Made by a program: the position numbers and the translations under genes
Shown: positions 51,423 through 61,977 of the stretch, one piece after another
Numbering within the stretch: the first letter of the stretch is position 1
Layout of the letters: each line of letters begins with the position of its first letter
DNA from: Polyangiales bacterium
GTDB lineage: Bacteria; Myxococcota_A; Polyangia; Polyangiales; JADJQN01
Assembly (NCBI GenBank): GCA_964202905.1
Contig: CAXNJO010000001.1
Coordinates: 896,001-960,000, forward strand
DNA: 64,000 nt
Reading direction: 5' to 3'
The notes under the pieces: generated by a model
Seen by the model: the letters and a program-made list of their open reading frames with translations, nothing else
Databases searched by the model: none
What the model was told of the DNA's origin: nothing

Positions 51423-52615
51423 ACCGTCGTTCACCATGCTTGCTTCTGCTCTCTCTCTGCCTCGCGCTCGCGGCGCCGGGCTGCGGCGACGACGACGACG
51501 CGCCGACGCCTCCCGTCGATGCCGGCGGCGCCGATCTCGCGAGCGACGACGCCGGCGGCGACGCCGACGCGGGCGGCGATTCCGACGCGGGTGGCGCGAC
51601 GTGCGCGTCGCCCGGCACGCCGACCACGCCCACGCCGCCGACGGTCGCGAGCGCGACCTCCGACTTCAACGTCACGTTGCGCGACTGCACGCGCACGAGC
51701 GTCGCGCTCGCGTGCGAGGTCGGTGTCGAGCACGCCTATTCGGAGACGATCTCCGGCGGTTTCCGCGTGATCACGGCGAACGGCATCGTGAACCACGACA
51801 TCGGCACCTTCCCGAATCCCGACAACCCCAACACGATCACCGCGCAGACCTACAGCTACCGCGTGCCGCTTGTGCCCTCGGGTACGGGGCGCGAGTCGAC
51901 CCACTTCGGCATCGCGTTCAGCGGCTCGATCTTCGATCCGGGCACCGCGGAGATCTGGAACGCCAACACCACGTGGCGCTACGAGGCGCTGCGCTACGGC
52001 ACCGCGCCCGACTACTTCGCGTCGGACACGACCATGCACCCGTCCGGGCTCGGCGTGGACTGCAACTTCGCGCACGTACAGCCGACGGGCGCGTACCACT
52101 ACCACGGCGTGCCGACGGCCATGGTGCCCGCGGCGTCCGCGCTCACGCAGATCGGCTGGGCCGCCGACGGCGCCCCGGTTTTCGCGCGCTACGGGCACTC
52201 CGTCGCGACCGATGCGAGCAGCCCGCTCGTCGAGCTCCGCGCGAGCTATCGGCTCAAGTCGGGCGCGCGGCCCGCGGGCGCGCCGGCGGGCAACTACGAC
52301 GGCACCTTCGGCAGCGACTGGGAGTACGTCGCGGGCCTCGGTGATCTCGACGCGTGCAACGGCCGGGTCGGCGTCGTGCCCGTCGATGGCGCGATGGTCA
52401 GCACCTATCACTACGTGCTCACCCACACGTATCCGTACATCCCGCGCTGCTGGACGTTCGCGCCCGACGCGAGCTTCGACGTGATGATGGGCGGCGGGAT
52501 GATGATGGGCGGCGGGCCCGCCGCGTGTACGCCGATGATGACGACGCGTTGCTGCGGTGACGGCGTGTGCGGTGGTCCCGAGACCGCGACCAACTGCGCA
52601 GCCGACTGCCCCTGA
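51419..52615 (+). CDS. YHYH-domain lipoprotein
   Basis: LAAPGCGDDDD; DCNFAHVQPTGAYHYHG, IGWAADG, GDLDACNG, YHY...YPYIPRC. Confidence 0.92.
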   Translation: MNRRSPCLLLLSLCLALAAPGCGDDDDAPTPPVDAGGADLASDDAGGDADAGGDSDAGGATCASPGTPTTPTPPTVASATSDFNVTLRDCTRTSVALACEVGVEHAYSETISGGFRVITANGIVNHDIGTFPNPDNPNTITAQTYSYRVPLVPSGTGRESTHFGIAFSGSIFDPGTAEIWNANTTWRYEALRYGTAPDYFASDTTMHPSGLGVDCNFAHVQPTGAYHYHGVPTAMVPAASALTQIGWAADGAPVFARYGHSVATDASSPLVELRASYRLKSGARPAGAPAGNYDGTFGSDWEYVAGLGDLDACNGRVGVVPVDGAMVSTYHYVLTHTYPYIPRCWTFAPDASFDVMMGGGMMMGGGPAACTPMMTTRCCGDGVCGGPETATNCAADCP

Positions 52616-52678
52616 TCGCGGCGCCCCCGGCTCGATGCGTCGCGCGCGTGCGCGGCGCGTCGGCCGTGTGCGCTGACG

Positions 52679-54664
52679 TCAGCCCTCGCCCGCCTCGCGC
52701 TTGAGCTCGAGCTCTTCCCACCGCGCGAGCAGGCGCGTGCCCTCCGCGCGCGCTTCGTCGAGCGCCCGCACGAGCGCGGCGACGTCGGATCCGTCGGTGT
52801 AGGTCACGGGGGCCGCGAGCCGCGCGTCGAGCGCCCCCGTGTGCGCGTCGTGCGCCTCGATCTTCGCCGGCAGCGCGTCGAGCTCGAGACGCTCGCCGTA
52901 GGTGAGGGCGCGCTTGCCGCGCTTCTCCGCGGGCGCCTGTGCGCGCGCGTCGGGGGGCTGCGTCACGCGCTCGTTCTGCGTCTGGCGCGCACTATCGGCC
53001 GTCGCGCGATCGGCGAGCTCCGCTGCACGGCGGGCTTCGGCCTCGGCCTTGAGCGCGAGGTAGGTGCCGTATCCGCCCGGGTACTGCACGAGCCGCGGCC
53101 GCCCCGATGCGTCGGGCTCGAAGGCGAGGATCCCCGTCGCGACGCGGTCGAGGAACCAGCGATCGTGCGTGACCACGAGCGCCGTCGCCTCCGTCTCGAC
53201 GAGCAGCTCCTCGAGGGAGGAGAGCGTGGCGAGGTCGAGATCGTTCGTCGGCTCGTCGAGCACGAGCAGGTTCGCCGGGCGCAGCAGCAGCTTCGCGAGC
53301 GCGACGCGCGCGCGCTCGCCGCCCGAGAGCGCGCCGACGGGCTGCCGCTGCTTCGACGGCTCGAAGAGGAAGCGCTCCATGTAGGCGCTGCCGTGCATCG
53401 TCTGGCCGTTGACCGTCACGCGCGGCGCGCCGCCGGTGATGTTGTCGGCGATGGAGCGCGCGTCGTCGAGCCCGCTGCGCCCCTGGTCGAAGTACGCGAA
53501 ATCGGTGTTCTTTCCGATGGTGACGGTGCCGCTCGCGGCGGGCAGGTCGCCGAGCAGCGTGCGCAGCAGCGTCGTCTTGCCGGCGCCGTTCGGCCCCACG
53601 ATGCCGAGGCGCTCGCCCTTGACGAGCTGCACCGTCGCGCCCTCGGCGAGCACGCGGCCCGCGTCGCCGGGGGCGCGCAGCGTGACGTCTTCGAGCGCGA
53701 GGATCGTCTTGCCCGTGCGCCGCGTCTCGAGCTCGAGCGCCACGCGCTTGTCCTCGGCGGGCCGCTGCGTGGCGATCGCCGTGTTGGCGCGCGAGATGCG
53801 CGCCTTCTGCTTGCCGGTGCGCGCCGAGGGCGTGCGGCGCAGCCACTCGAGCTCGCGGCGTAGCAGGTTCTGCCGGTTCTTCTCGGTGCGTTCAGCCTGC
53901 GCGGCGCGCTCGGCCTTCGCGGCGAGGTAGGACTCGTAGCCGCCGTCGTACGAATACACGCGCCCCGCGTCGACCTCGAGCGTCCGCGTGCAGACGCGGT
54001 CGAGCACGTAGCGGTCGTGCGTGATCATCAAGAGCGCGCCCGTGTACGACTCGATCAGGTAGGTCTCGAGCCACTCGACGGTGTCGACGTCGAGGTGGTT
54101 CGTCGGCTCGTCGAGCACCGCGAGCGCGGGCTGCGCCACGAGGATGCGTGCGAGCGCGACGCGCCGCCGCTCGCCGCCCGAGAGCGCGCCGAACACGGCG
54201 TCCGCGCGGTCCGCGAGCCCCAGGTGCCCGAGCAGCGACTCGACGCGGTGCTCCGGATCCCAGCCACCGAGCCGCTCGATCTCCGCGCTCGCCCCGGCCT
54301 GCCGCGCGAGCAGCGCCGCCGGATCGCCCTCGCCGCGCGAGAGCCCCGCGCTCGCCGCGTCGTGCCGCGCCTTCGCGGCCGTCCACGCCGCGAGCCCGCC
54401 GCGCACGACGTCGCGCGCGCGCTCATCGCTCGGAAAAACGGGCTCCTGCGGCAGGTATGCGATCGGCGCGTCGCGGCGCCGCGCGACCGTGCCGCCGTCC
54501 GCGATCTCGAGGCCGACGAGGATCTTCGCGAGCGTGCTCTTGCCCGAGCCGTTCACGCCGACGAGCCCGACGCGCTCGTCCTCTTCGACGGCGAGCGAGG
54601 CTCCGGCGAGGATCGTCTGCGGCCCGAAGGCTTTCGTCAGATCGTTGGCGACGAGCAGGGCCAC
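52679..54664 (-). CDS. ABC-F family ATPase (Uup-like)
   Basis: Two NBDs ([23 protein letters not shown] twice; LDEPTN twice), ELEWLRR linker, C-terminal RWEELE coiled coil. Confidence 0.95.
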   Translation of the reverse strand: MALLVANDLTKAFGPQTILAGASLAVEEDERVGLVGVNGSGKSTLAKILVGLEIADGGTVARRRDAPIAYLPQEPVFPSDERARDVVRGGLAAWTAAKARHDAASAGLSRGEGDPAALLARQAGASAEIERLGGWDPEHRVESLLGHLGLADRADAVFGALSGGERRRVALARILVAQPALAVLDEPTNHLDVDTVEWLETYLIESYTGALLMITHDRYVLDRVCTRTLEVDAGRVYSYDGGYESYLAAKAERAAQAERTEKNRQNLLRRELEWLRRTPSARTGKQKARISRANTAIATQRPAEDKRVALELETRRTGKTILALEDVTLRAPGDAGRVLAEGATVQLVKGERLGIVGPNGAGKTTLLRTLLGDLPAASGTVTIGKNTDFAYFDQGRSGLDDARSIADNITGGAPRVTVNGQTMHGSAYMERFLFEPSKQRQPVGALSGGERARVALAKLLLRPANLLVLDEPTNDLDLATLSSLEELLVETEATALVVTHDRWFLDRVATGILAFEPDASGRPRLVQYPGGYGTYLALKAEAEARRAAELADRATADSARQTQNERVTQPPDARAQAPAEKRGKRALTYGERLELDALPAKIEAHDAHTGALDARLAAPVTYTDGSDVAALVRALDEARAEGTRLLARWEELELKREAGEG

Positions 54665-54710
54665 GGCGCGGAGGCGTATCACACGGCGCGCGCTATGCTC
54701 GGCGGCCCCG

Positions 54711-54938
54711 ATGATTCACCCCTACGACAACGCGTCCCAGACACGCTGGGACCGCGGCGACTTCAGGGTCCAGCTCAACCTCCCCGAGAGCTCGCGACCG
54801 ATGGGCTTCTGCGACGGCACGCCCGAGGACCTGGCCGAGCTGCGCGCGATCGCCGAGGCCGAGAGCACGCAGGTCGAGATCGACGTGAAGGTGCTCAAGT
54901 CCGGGCGGGAGATCTGGACGCTGCGCGGCACGGGCTGA
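54711..54938 (+). CDS. Small hypothetical protein (75 aa)
   Basis: MIHPYDNASQTRWDRG...GREIWTLRGTG; G/C-rich third codon positions. Confidence 0.7.
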   Translation: MIHPYDNASQTRWDRGDFRVQLNLPESSRPMGFCDGTPEDLAELRAIAEAESTQVEIDVKVLKSGREIWTLRGTG

Positions 54939-54992
54939 GGCTGATCGCTCGGGGGGCTGCGGGGGGCCGATCTGATAGGCTCCCGCTCCGCC

Positions 54993-55707
54993 ATGAACGC
55001 TGATTCTCCTCGCATTTCCCTCGTCACAGGCGGAACCGGCGCGCTCGGCGCTGCCGTGTGCGACGCGCTCCTCGCCGCGGGCGGCCGCGTGCACGTCACC
55101 GTACGTCAGCGACCGCGAGCGCGATGCCTTTTCGGCACGTTTCGCCGCGCATGCGGGGCGATTCGTGCTGCACCGCGTGGACGTCACCGCGGAAGCCGAG
55201 GTCGTCGCGTTCTTCGACGCCGTGCTCGCCGCCGAGGGCCGCGTGGACGCGCTCGCCTGCATCGCGGGCGGGTTCGCGATGGGCCCGATCGAGGAGACGT
55301 CGCTCGCCACCTTCGACGCGCAGCTCGCGCTCAACCTGCGCAGCTTCTTCCTCGCGGCGCGCGAGGCCGTGCGTCGCATGAAGCCGCACGCGCACGGGCG
55401 CATCCTCGCAGTCGGCACGCGCGCGGCGCTCGATCCGCCGGGCGGGCTCTCGGCCTACGCCGCGAGCAAGGCCGCCGTGCTCGCGCTCGTGCGCGGGCTC
55501 GCCGTCGAGCTGCGCGGCAGCGGTATCACCGTGAACGCCGTGCTCCCCGGCACGATGGACACGCCCGCGAACCGCGCGAGCATGCCCGACGCCGACTTCT
55601 CACGTTGGGCGAAGACGGCGGACGTCGCGCGCGTCGCCGCGTTCCTGCTCGCGGCCGAGAGCGGCGTGACGAGCGGCGCGCTCGTGCCCGTCTACGGGGA
55701 CTCGTGA
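54993..55707 (+). CDS. SDR-family oxidoreductase, frameshift near 55105
   Basis: TGGTGALG in ORF 54993; YAASK, VNAVLPGTMDTPANR in ORF 55165..55707. Confidence 0.9.
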
Positions 55708-56390
55708 GTTCGCGCGGCACGGCGCGCGTCAGCGAGACGGACGCGCGTCGCGAGGCCGCGCTGCGCCGCGCGATCTGCGACGTGACGCGGCACCTCTACG
55801 ATCGCGGTCATGGGGCGCCAGGAGATGGCAATGTCTCCGCGCGCCTCTCGGCGACGCACCTCCTCTGCACGCCGACGAGCTCGCACAAGGGGCGGCTCAC
55901 GCCCGCGCAGATCGTGAAGGTGCGCGCGAACGACGGCGTGCCCGTGTCCTCGCGTCAGCGCGCGTCGACCGAGATCCGCCTGCACACCGCGCTCTACGCC
56001 GCGCGCCCCGGGCTCGGCGCGATCGTGCACGCGCACTCGCCGTACACCGTCGCGCTCACGGTCGCCGGGCTCTCGCTCGACGCGCTGCTGATCCCCGAGG
56101 CGGTCGTCGCGCTCGCGGGCGGCTGCCCCACCGTACCGTACGCGAGCCCGACGACGGCGGACGTGCCCGCGGCCGTCCTCGCGCATGCGCCGCGCGCGCT
56201 CGGCTTCGTGCTCGAGCGTCACGGCCCCGTCGCGCTCGGCACGGACCTCGCGGATGCGCTCGCGCGGCTCGAGGTGATCGAGCACACCGCGAAGATCACG
56301 CTCCTCGCGCGCGCCGTGGGCACGCCCGTGCCGCTGCCGGACGCCGAGCTCGCGAAGCTGCGCGCGCTCGTGCCGCCGTCGGCGTTCTGA
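55704..56390 (+). CDS. Class II aldolase/adducin family protein
   Basis: GDGNVSAR, TPT, STEIRLH, IVHAHSPY, LERHG. Confidence 0.92.
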   Translation: MSSRGTARVSETDARREAALRRAICDVTRHLYDRGHGAPGDGNVSARLSATHLLCTPTSSHKGRLTPAQIVKVRANDGVPVSSRQRASTEIRLHTALYAARPGLGAIVHAHSPYTVALTVAGLSLDALLIPEAVVALAGGCPTVPYASPTTADVPAAVLAHAPRALGFVLERHGPVALGTDLADALARLEVIEHTAKITLLARAVGTPVPLPDAELAKLRALVPPSAF

Positions 56391-56407
56391 GTTCGCAGCG
56401 CGGGCCC

Positions 56408-58045
56408 TCAGCGGCGCCGACGTCGCACGGCGAGCGCGAGCACGCCGAGAAGCAGCGCCGCGTGAGGCGCGGGTGCGTCGTCGCCACCGACGCGGCAGCC
56501 GCAGCCGCCCGAGGCGTCCGGCGCGGGGACGCTCCTGCCGGCGTCGCGGCGCGTTGTGCCCGCGTCTTCGTTCGCGCCGCCCGCGTCGACGTCACCCGCG
56601 TCGGAGCCTGCATCGACGCCCCCCGCGTCCGGCGCGCCCGCGTCCGCGCTCCCCGCATCGACGTCGCCCGGTCCTGCGTCCGTGCCCGCGTCGGGGAGCG
56701 GCTCGCACGCATCGCCCGTGCGATCGCCATCCGCATCGGCCTGATCCGCGTTGGCGGCAGCGGGGCAGTTGTCGCAGGCGTCGCCGACGCCGTCTCCATC
56801 TTCATCACGCTGCATGGCATCCGCGACGATGCGGCATACATCCATCCCGTCCGTCACGCCGTCGTCGTCGGAGTCCCGATCGCGGAAGGAGAAGATCCCG
56901 TCGAGGTCCGGGTCGGTGCGGCCCTCGGTCGCGTCCGGCACGCCGTCGCCGTCGCTGTCGGTGTCGCGCAGATCGGGGACGGTGTCGGCGTCCGTGTCCA
57001 CCGGCTCCGCGAGCAGCGCGGTCGCGCCTTCGAGCCCGTCCTCGATTCCGTCGCCGTCCGAGTCGCGGTCGCGGTAGTCCGGCGTGCCGTCCGCGTCCGT
57101 GTCGATGGGCGGGGTCGCGGGGTCGGCGTCGCCCGCCTCGAACACGTCGAGCGTGCCGTCGCCGTCGGTGTCGCCGTCGAATTCGTCGGTGCGCCCGTCG
57201 CCGTCGAGATCGCCGCTGCCCTCGACGCTGCTCGGGATCGGGTCGTGCGCGGTCTCCGCGACCCACGCGAAGACGTTGCGCAGCAGGACGTCGTTGTTGC
57301 CGCCGCGCGTGAGGCCGCGCGAGCCGCAGCCGGGCACCACGAGGGAGGCGAACTGCTCTTCGTCACCGAAACTCACGGCGCGTCCCGCGCTCGGGTGGCG
57401 CGGTGCGAGATCGATGGCGACGGCGTTGGGGCCGCCGTCGTTGTTCGAGAGCACCACCGCGAGCGGATCGAGCCGCGTGAACACGCAGTTGAAGCCGGTG
57501 AAATACGGCGACGCCACGACGCCGAAGGGCCCCGTGAGCGCGGGCACGCCCGCGGCCGTCGCGAACGTCGCCGAGTTGTCGTTGACGCAGCTCTCGGCCG
57601 ACGCCGCGAAGAACGTCGCGGCTGCGTTCTGGAAGGAGACGAAGCCGACCCCGCCGCGCGCGTAGACGCCGAACACCGAAAGGTCGGCGTCCTGGGGCCG
57701 CGGGCTGAACGGGTTGAGCACCAGCAGATCCGCGCCGTCGAGCGCGTCGGGATTGAACGAGTCGTACGGCGGCCCGAACTCGAAGGTGATCGGCACCGTC
57801 CCGGTCGCGGAGAAGTTCGCCGGATCCCGTAGCGACGCGCGCGCCTCGCGATACCAGCCATCTGCGCCCGCCTCGCTGTCGACAGAGAAGCTGAAGGTCT
57901 GCCCTCCGAGCGCCGTGGGGCACGCGAGGCTGAAGCCCACCGAGGGGGCGCGAATCACCACCCGGCGCTGGGCCTGCGCGGCATCGGCGACTCCGAGCAG
58001 GGAACCGAGAAGCGCGGTCGCGAGCGATGCGGTGCGGATGGACAT
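56408..58045 (-). CDS. Surface protein with thrombospondin type 3 Ca-binding repeats and MYXO-CTERM
   Basis: Signal peptide; DTDGDG/DSDGDG repeats, DGVGDACDNCP; GGCGCRVGG...LLLGVLALAVRRRRR. Confidence 0.9.
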   Translation of the reverse strand: MSIRTASLATALLGSLLGVADAAQAQRRVVIRAPSVGFSLACPTALGGQTFSFSVDSEAGADGWYREARASLRDPANFSATGTVPITFEFGPPYDSFNPDALDGADLLVLNPFSPRPQDADLSVFGVYARGGVGFVSFQNAAATFFAASAESCVNDNSATFATAAGVPALTGPFGVVASPYFTGFNCVFTRLDPLAVVLSNNDGGPNAVAIDLAPRHPSAGRAVSFGDEEQFASLVVPGCGSRGLTRGGNNDVLLRNVFAWVAETAHDPIPSSVEGSGDLDGDGRTDEFDGDTDGDGTLDVFEAGDADPATPPIDTDADGTPDYRDRDSDGDGIEDGLEGATALLAEPVDTDADTVPDLRDTDSDGDGVPDATEGRTDPDLDGIFSFRDRDSDDDGVTDGMDVCRIVADAMQRDEDGDGVGDACDNCPAAANADQADADGDRTGDACEPLPDAGTDAGPGDVDAGSADAGAPDAGGVDAGSDAGDVDAGGANEDAGTTRRDAGRSVPAPDASGGCGCRVGGDDAPAPHAALLLGVLALAVRRRRR

Positions 58046-58217
58046 CGGGGCATCCTAATCCGGATTGGGGGGTGTCCCGGTGAGTGCGCCGGCGGAGTGT
58101 CGCGGCGCTGTGAGCGTGCCGCCTGCGTGCCGACCCCGCCCGCGTTCGGCCCGCGCGTCTTGATTCGCGGGCTCGTCGTGGTCGGTCATCGCTGCCTGCC
58201 GCGCGGGCCGTGAGCGA

Positions 58218-59081
58218 TCAGCGCAGCGTGGATTCGCGGTCGCTCGATGCGCCGAGGAGATGCGCTGCCCCGACTCCCCCCGCCCGCTCGAGACCGACGG
58301 CCCGCTCGACACGGATGCGCTGCTCGACACGGATGCGCTGCTCGAGACGGGTCGTGGGCTTGTGCGGGGCGAGCTGCGCGGCCGGAGGCGCTGCGACCTG
58401 CACGGCGCCGGGCCCAGAGACGTTCACGCGGACAGGGGCCTGTGCGGGAGGGGCTGCGACCTGCACGGCCCCAGGTTGCGGTGGGGGTCGAACGAGCCCG
58501 GGCCCGCGGAGCACGGGCGTCAAGCGGATGCCGTGTGTCGATCGCACGCCGACGCGCACCCCGATGACGAGCGTACCGCCCTGAAACGCCTGCCCCGCGA
58601 TGAAGAACGGCACGCCGGGCGAGGTCTCGACCGTGACGCCCTGCAAGTAGTCGTTCTGATCGGGGCGGTTGATGGACACACGCACCTGCAATCGCCCGTT
58701 GGGGAGGCGCTGCATGAACGTGATCTGGACGCGCCGGCCGTTGGGCAGCTCGACGGCGGCGGGGCGGCCGACGCCGAGCGTGACCGGGCGGCGCTCGAGC
58801 AGGCGCATCGAGCGGAAGGCGTTGAACGGCGGTTGCCGCAGCGCGGGCTCCTGCGCGAGGTTCGCGTCGATGACGCCGCCCTCCTCGGACGCGAGCACCA
58901 CGAGCACCTCGCCGAGCTGGTCCTGGGCGCGCGCGACGGCCCCCCCCGTGGCGAACGCCGCGAGCGTGACGAGCACGGAGAGCGCCGCGCGCACCGTGGC
59001 CCCGGCGAGGTCCACACCGACGCGCCGCCAAAGCGGAGGGCGCGCGCCGCGCGTGCAGGGGGAGGGCGCGCGGTGCGTCAC
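58218..59081 (-). CDS. Hypothetical exported protein, third gene of the ECF operon
   Basis: GTGA overlap with the anti-sigma stop; hydrophobic signal; C-terminal PGAVQVAAPPA x2 and EQRIRV x2 repeats. Confidence 0.7.
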   Translation of the reverse strand: MTHRAPSPCTRGARPPLWRRVGVDLAGATVRAALSVLVTLAAFATGGAVARAQDQLGEVLVVLASEEGGVIDANLAQEPALRQPPFNAFRSMRLLERRPVTLGVGRPAAVELPNGRRVQITFMQRLPNGRLQVRVSINRPDQNDYLQGVTVETSPGVPFFIAGQAFQGGTLVIGVRVGVRSTHGIRLTPVLRGPGLVRPPPQPGAVQVAAPPAQAPVRVNVSGPGAVQVAAPPAAQLAPHKPTTRLEQRIRVEQRIRVERAVGLERAGGVGAAHLLGASSDRESTLR

Positions 59082-59662
59082 AGCGCGTCCCCCGGGGCTT
59101 CGTCGGCGATCCAGACGACGGCGACGGGCGCCTCGCCCGCGCTGCCCTCGAGCGTGAAGACCGTGCCGGCCGCGCCGTCCGCGAACTCCGCCGAGAGCAC
59201 CTCCGAGCCGCGCAGGGGCTCCTGCCCCGTACCCATCGCTAGGGCCTGCGGCCCGGGCGCGGTCGGTCCGACACGTCCGACGAGGACCGCGAGGATCACG
59301 GCCGCGGCCGCCGCGATCGTCGCCGCGGGGACCCAGACGTGCTTCTTGTGGGCGAGCGTCTCGCTCGCGATCACGCGGAAACGCTCGCCGAAACCGGCCT
59401 TCTCCTGGCGGGCGATGCCCTCGCGCACGGCAGCGAACATGGCGTCGAGCTCGGGCGCTGCGTCCGCCGCGTCCTGCTCCGCCGCCGCGGCGAAGAGCGC
59501 GTGCAGCCGCTCGAGCCGCCGCAGCGACTGCGTGCACGGGCGGCACTCCGCGAGGTGCTGGCGCACGAGCGTCGCTTGGCCCGCGCCGAGTTCGCCGTCG
59601 AAGTGCCGTTGCAGCGTGTCGTCGTCGAGGTGGTCGGACATCGTGGTTTCTCGCGGGGTCAT
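59078..59662 (-). CDS. Zinc-finger (ZAS) membrane anti-sigma factor
   Basis: HLAECRPC (HxxxCxxC), DGEL, single TM helix; ATGA overlap with sigma stop. Confidence 0.9.
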   Translation of the reverse strand: MTPRETTMSDHLDDDTLQRHFDGELGAGQATLVRQHLAECRPCTQSLRRLERLHALFAAAAEQDAADAAPELDAMFAAVREGIARQEKAGFGERFRVIASETLAHKKHVWVPAATIAAAAAVILAVLVGRVGPTAPGPQALAMGTGQEPLRGSEVLSAEFADGAAGTVFTLEGSAGEAPVAVVWIADEAPGDAL

Positions 59663-60468
59663 CCGTCGTTCCCGATGGTCGGATCGCCGTCGATGTAGGG
59701 GTCGAGCGCGGCCTGCATCTTGCGCCGCGCGTGGAAGAGGCGGCTCATGATCGTGCCCTTCGGGACCTTGAGGATCTGCGACATCTCTTCGTACGAGAGG
59801 CCGTCGATCTCGCGCAGCACGATGACCGCGCGGTGGTAGTCGGGGAGGCCGGCGAGGGCGGCCTGAAGCTTCTCCGAGAGTTCGCGGCGCTGGGCCGTGC
59901 GCGCGGGGTTTCCGTCGAGGATGCGGGGCAGCATCCCGCCATCGCCTTCGATCTCGAGCGGATCGCGTCCGATCGCGTCGTCGAAGTCGACGGCGCGGTT
60001 CTTGTGCTTGCGGACGTGGTCGATCGCGAGGTTCATGAGGATCCGGTAGAGCCACGTGTAGAAGCTCGAGCTGCCCTGGAAGCTGCCGAGGTGGCGGTGG
60101 ACCTTGATGAACGCTTCCTGCGTGACGTCGAGCGCGTCCTGCTTGTTCTTGACGACGCCGAGCGCGACCGCGTACGCGCGCCGCTGGTAGCGGTCGAAGA
60201 GCTGTCGGAACGCGACCTGATCGCCGCGCTGCGCGCGCTCGACCAGGAGGCGATCGAGCTCTCGGTCGGCTTCGCGCTCCGGGGCGAGGGCCCGCGCGCC
60301 GCGCACGGGGCCACCGGGGGCGGCGTCGGGGCCGCCATCCGGGCGGGGTGCTGCTGGGTCGTCCACGAGGGCACCGGGGTCTTCCTCCGGGCCGTTCGAC
60401 GCGGGCTCGTCCGGTTCATTCACCGGGTCGACGGCCGCGACCGAGGCCTCGTGCGCGCCCGGTTTCAT
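59659..60468 (-). CDS. ECF RNA polymerase sigma factor (RpoE-like)
   Basis: DVTQEAFIK, FYTWLYRI, LREIDGLSYEE, GTIMSRLFHAR; start uncertain. Confidence 0.95.
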   Translation of the reverse strand: MKPGAHEASVAAVDPVNEPDEPASNGPEEDPGALVDDPAAPRPDGGPDAAPGGPVRGARALAPEREADRELDRLLVERAQRGDQVAFRQLFDRYQRRAYAVALGVVKNKQDALDVTQEAFIKVHRHLGSFQGSSSFYTWLYRILMNLAIDHVRKHKNRAVDFDDAIGRDPLEIEGDGGMLPRILDGNPARTAQRRELSEKLQAALAGLPDYHRAVIVLREIDGLSYEEMSQILKVPKGTIMSRLFHARRKMQAALDPYIDGDPTIGNDG

Positions 60469-60676
60469 CGCGGCCCTTGTAGCACAGGCCGCCGACCCGA
60501 CGCGCGTGCGGAGTCGGCCCCGCACAGCCACGCACCGGCCGTCCTCCCGTCGCCGGACCGTCGCTGTTCCGCCGTCGGACCGCCGCTGCCCGCCCGCCGT
60601 TCCGCCGATCCCCGCGCGCAACCCCTCGGGATCACACGCGCAAACCCCGGCACGTGCGCTGCTCGTCGTCCGGCGC

Positions 60677-61513
60677 ATGCCCCGCTCCTCGCCGCCCACG
60701 CCCACGCCCACGCCCACGCCCATGCCGCCGCGCCGTCCCGCGACGGAGCCGCACGGGGGGAACACCCGTCCGCGTCGCGTCGCGCGCGCGCTCCATGGTC
60801 CGACCCCGCCCGTCGTCGGGCGCGCAGCGCCGACCGCAGCCCGCAGCGACGGTCCGCGTGAGCGGCTCGCCCGGGTCGGTCCGGAGTCCTTGAGCGACGC
60901 GGAGCTCGTCGCGCTGCTGCTCGGGACAGGTGCGCGCGGTCTGCCCGTCGAGGTGCTCGCGGCCTCGATGCTCGCCGAGCGGGGCGGGCTCTCGGGCCTC
61001 GAGCGTACAGGCCTCGGCGCGCTCGCCGCGCGGACCGGGGTGGGGGAGGGCAAGGCGTGCCGGCTGCTCGCCGCGGTCGAGGTGGGGCGTCGCGTCGGCG
61101 CGTCGCCGCTCGCACGCGGGGCGCGCCTCGGCTCGAGCCGCGACATCGACGCGGCGCTGCGTCCGCGGCTCGCACGCGCCGAGGTCGAGCATTTCCTCGC
61201 GATCCCGCTCGACGTGAAGAATCGGCCGATGGGCGAGCTGCGCATCGCGACGGGCGGGCAGAGCGTCTGTCCCGTCGCGCCGAGCGACGTCTTCCGCGCG
61301 CTGCTCCGAGAGTCGGCCGCGGGCGTCGTGTTCGTGCACAACCACCCGAGCGGCGACCCCGCGCCGAGCCGCGACGACCAACTCATCACGGAGCGCCTCG
61401 TGCGTGCCGGGGAGCTGCTCGGCGTGCGCGTGCTCGACCACGTGATCGTCGCGCGCGAGGGCTACTTCAGCTTCCTGGACGCCGGGCTGTTGCGCGAGAC
61501 GGAGGCGTCGTGA
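60677..61513 (+). CDS. radC: RadC / JAB-domain protein
   Basis: PRERL...LSDAELVALLLGTG, HNHPSGDPAPSRDD, VLDHVIV; start uncertain. Confidence 0.93.
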   Translation: MPRSSPPTPTPTPTPMPPRRPATEPHGGNTRPRRVARALHGPTPPVVGRAAPTAARSDGPRERLARVGPESLSDAELVALLLGTGARGLPVEVLAASMLAERGGLSGLERTGLGALAARTGVGEGKACRLLAAVEVGRRVGASPLARGARLGSSRDIDAALRPRLARAEVEHFLAIPLDVKNRPMGELRIATGGQSVCPVAPSDVFRALLRESAAGVVFVHNHPSGDPAPSRDDQLITERLVRAGELLGVRVLDHVIVAREGYFSFLDAGLLRETEAS

Positions 61514-61702
61514 GCGCGCTGCTCCTCGGACTCGCGCTGCACGTCGTCGCCTGTGCGTCGCGACCGGTCGCGTCCCCCGCTTGCCCCGCGCCGCCCGCCC
61601 GTGCGCTCGATCAACCCGGGCCGCCCGGGCCGCCAAGGCCTGTCGTCGCCCCGCGCCGCGGTGCGCGTGTGCTCGCGGTGCCGGCAGCGTCGGGGCGTGA
61701 GC

Positions 61703-61728
61703 GAGACAGCCAGCCGGCTGGCTGTCTC
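61703..61728. repeat. Perfect 26-bp palindrome
   Basis: GAGACAGCCAGCC|GGCTGGCTGTCTC. Confidence 0.85.
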
Positions 61729-61977
61729 TCCGTGATCGCGCCCGCTCTTCGCGGCGTCCGTGTGTCGGTCGCGCATGTGGAACACGCCGAATTCGCAGAT
61801 GGCCCCATCCATGTCGGCGGCGATGTTCGTGGGCATCTCGGCGCCGAGTTCAGCGGCGACGTCCATGTCGGCGTCGGGCGACTTGCGCGCACGATGCGGT
61901 GACGCGTTTGGCCCCCGGGGTTTCTTCCGCGCACGCGGCGCGCAACCGAGGATGGCGAGGCCCTGCGGGCCAGGAGG

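Noticed and set aside
56408..58045. TraA/TraB kin-recognition protein
   Set aside because: Has TSP3 repeats and MYXO-CTERM but no OmpA domain or barrel (TraB), no TraA-type Cys-repeat stalk, and no partner gene
60677..61513. radC as a marker of a mobile element or anti-defence locus
   Set aside because: It is the full-length chromosomal type with the N-terminal PRERL/HhH region, and no mobility genes are adjacent
61510..61902. Small lipoprotein coupled to radC (VSALLLGLALHVVAC...)
   Set aside because: Plausible lipobox and GTGA overlap, but the rest is low-complexity and runs through the palindrome; support too weak to call
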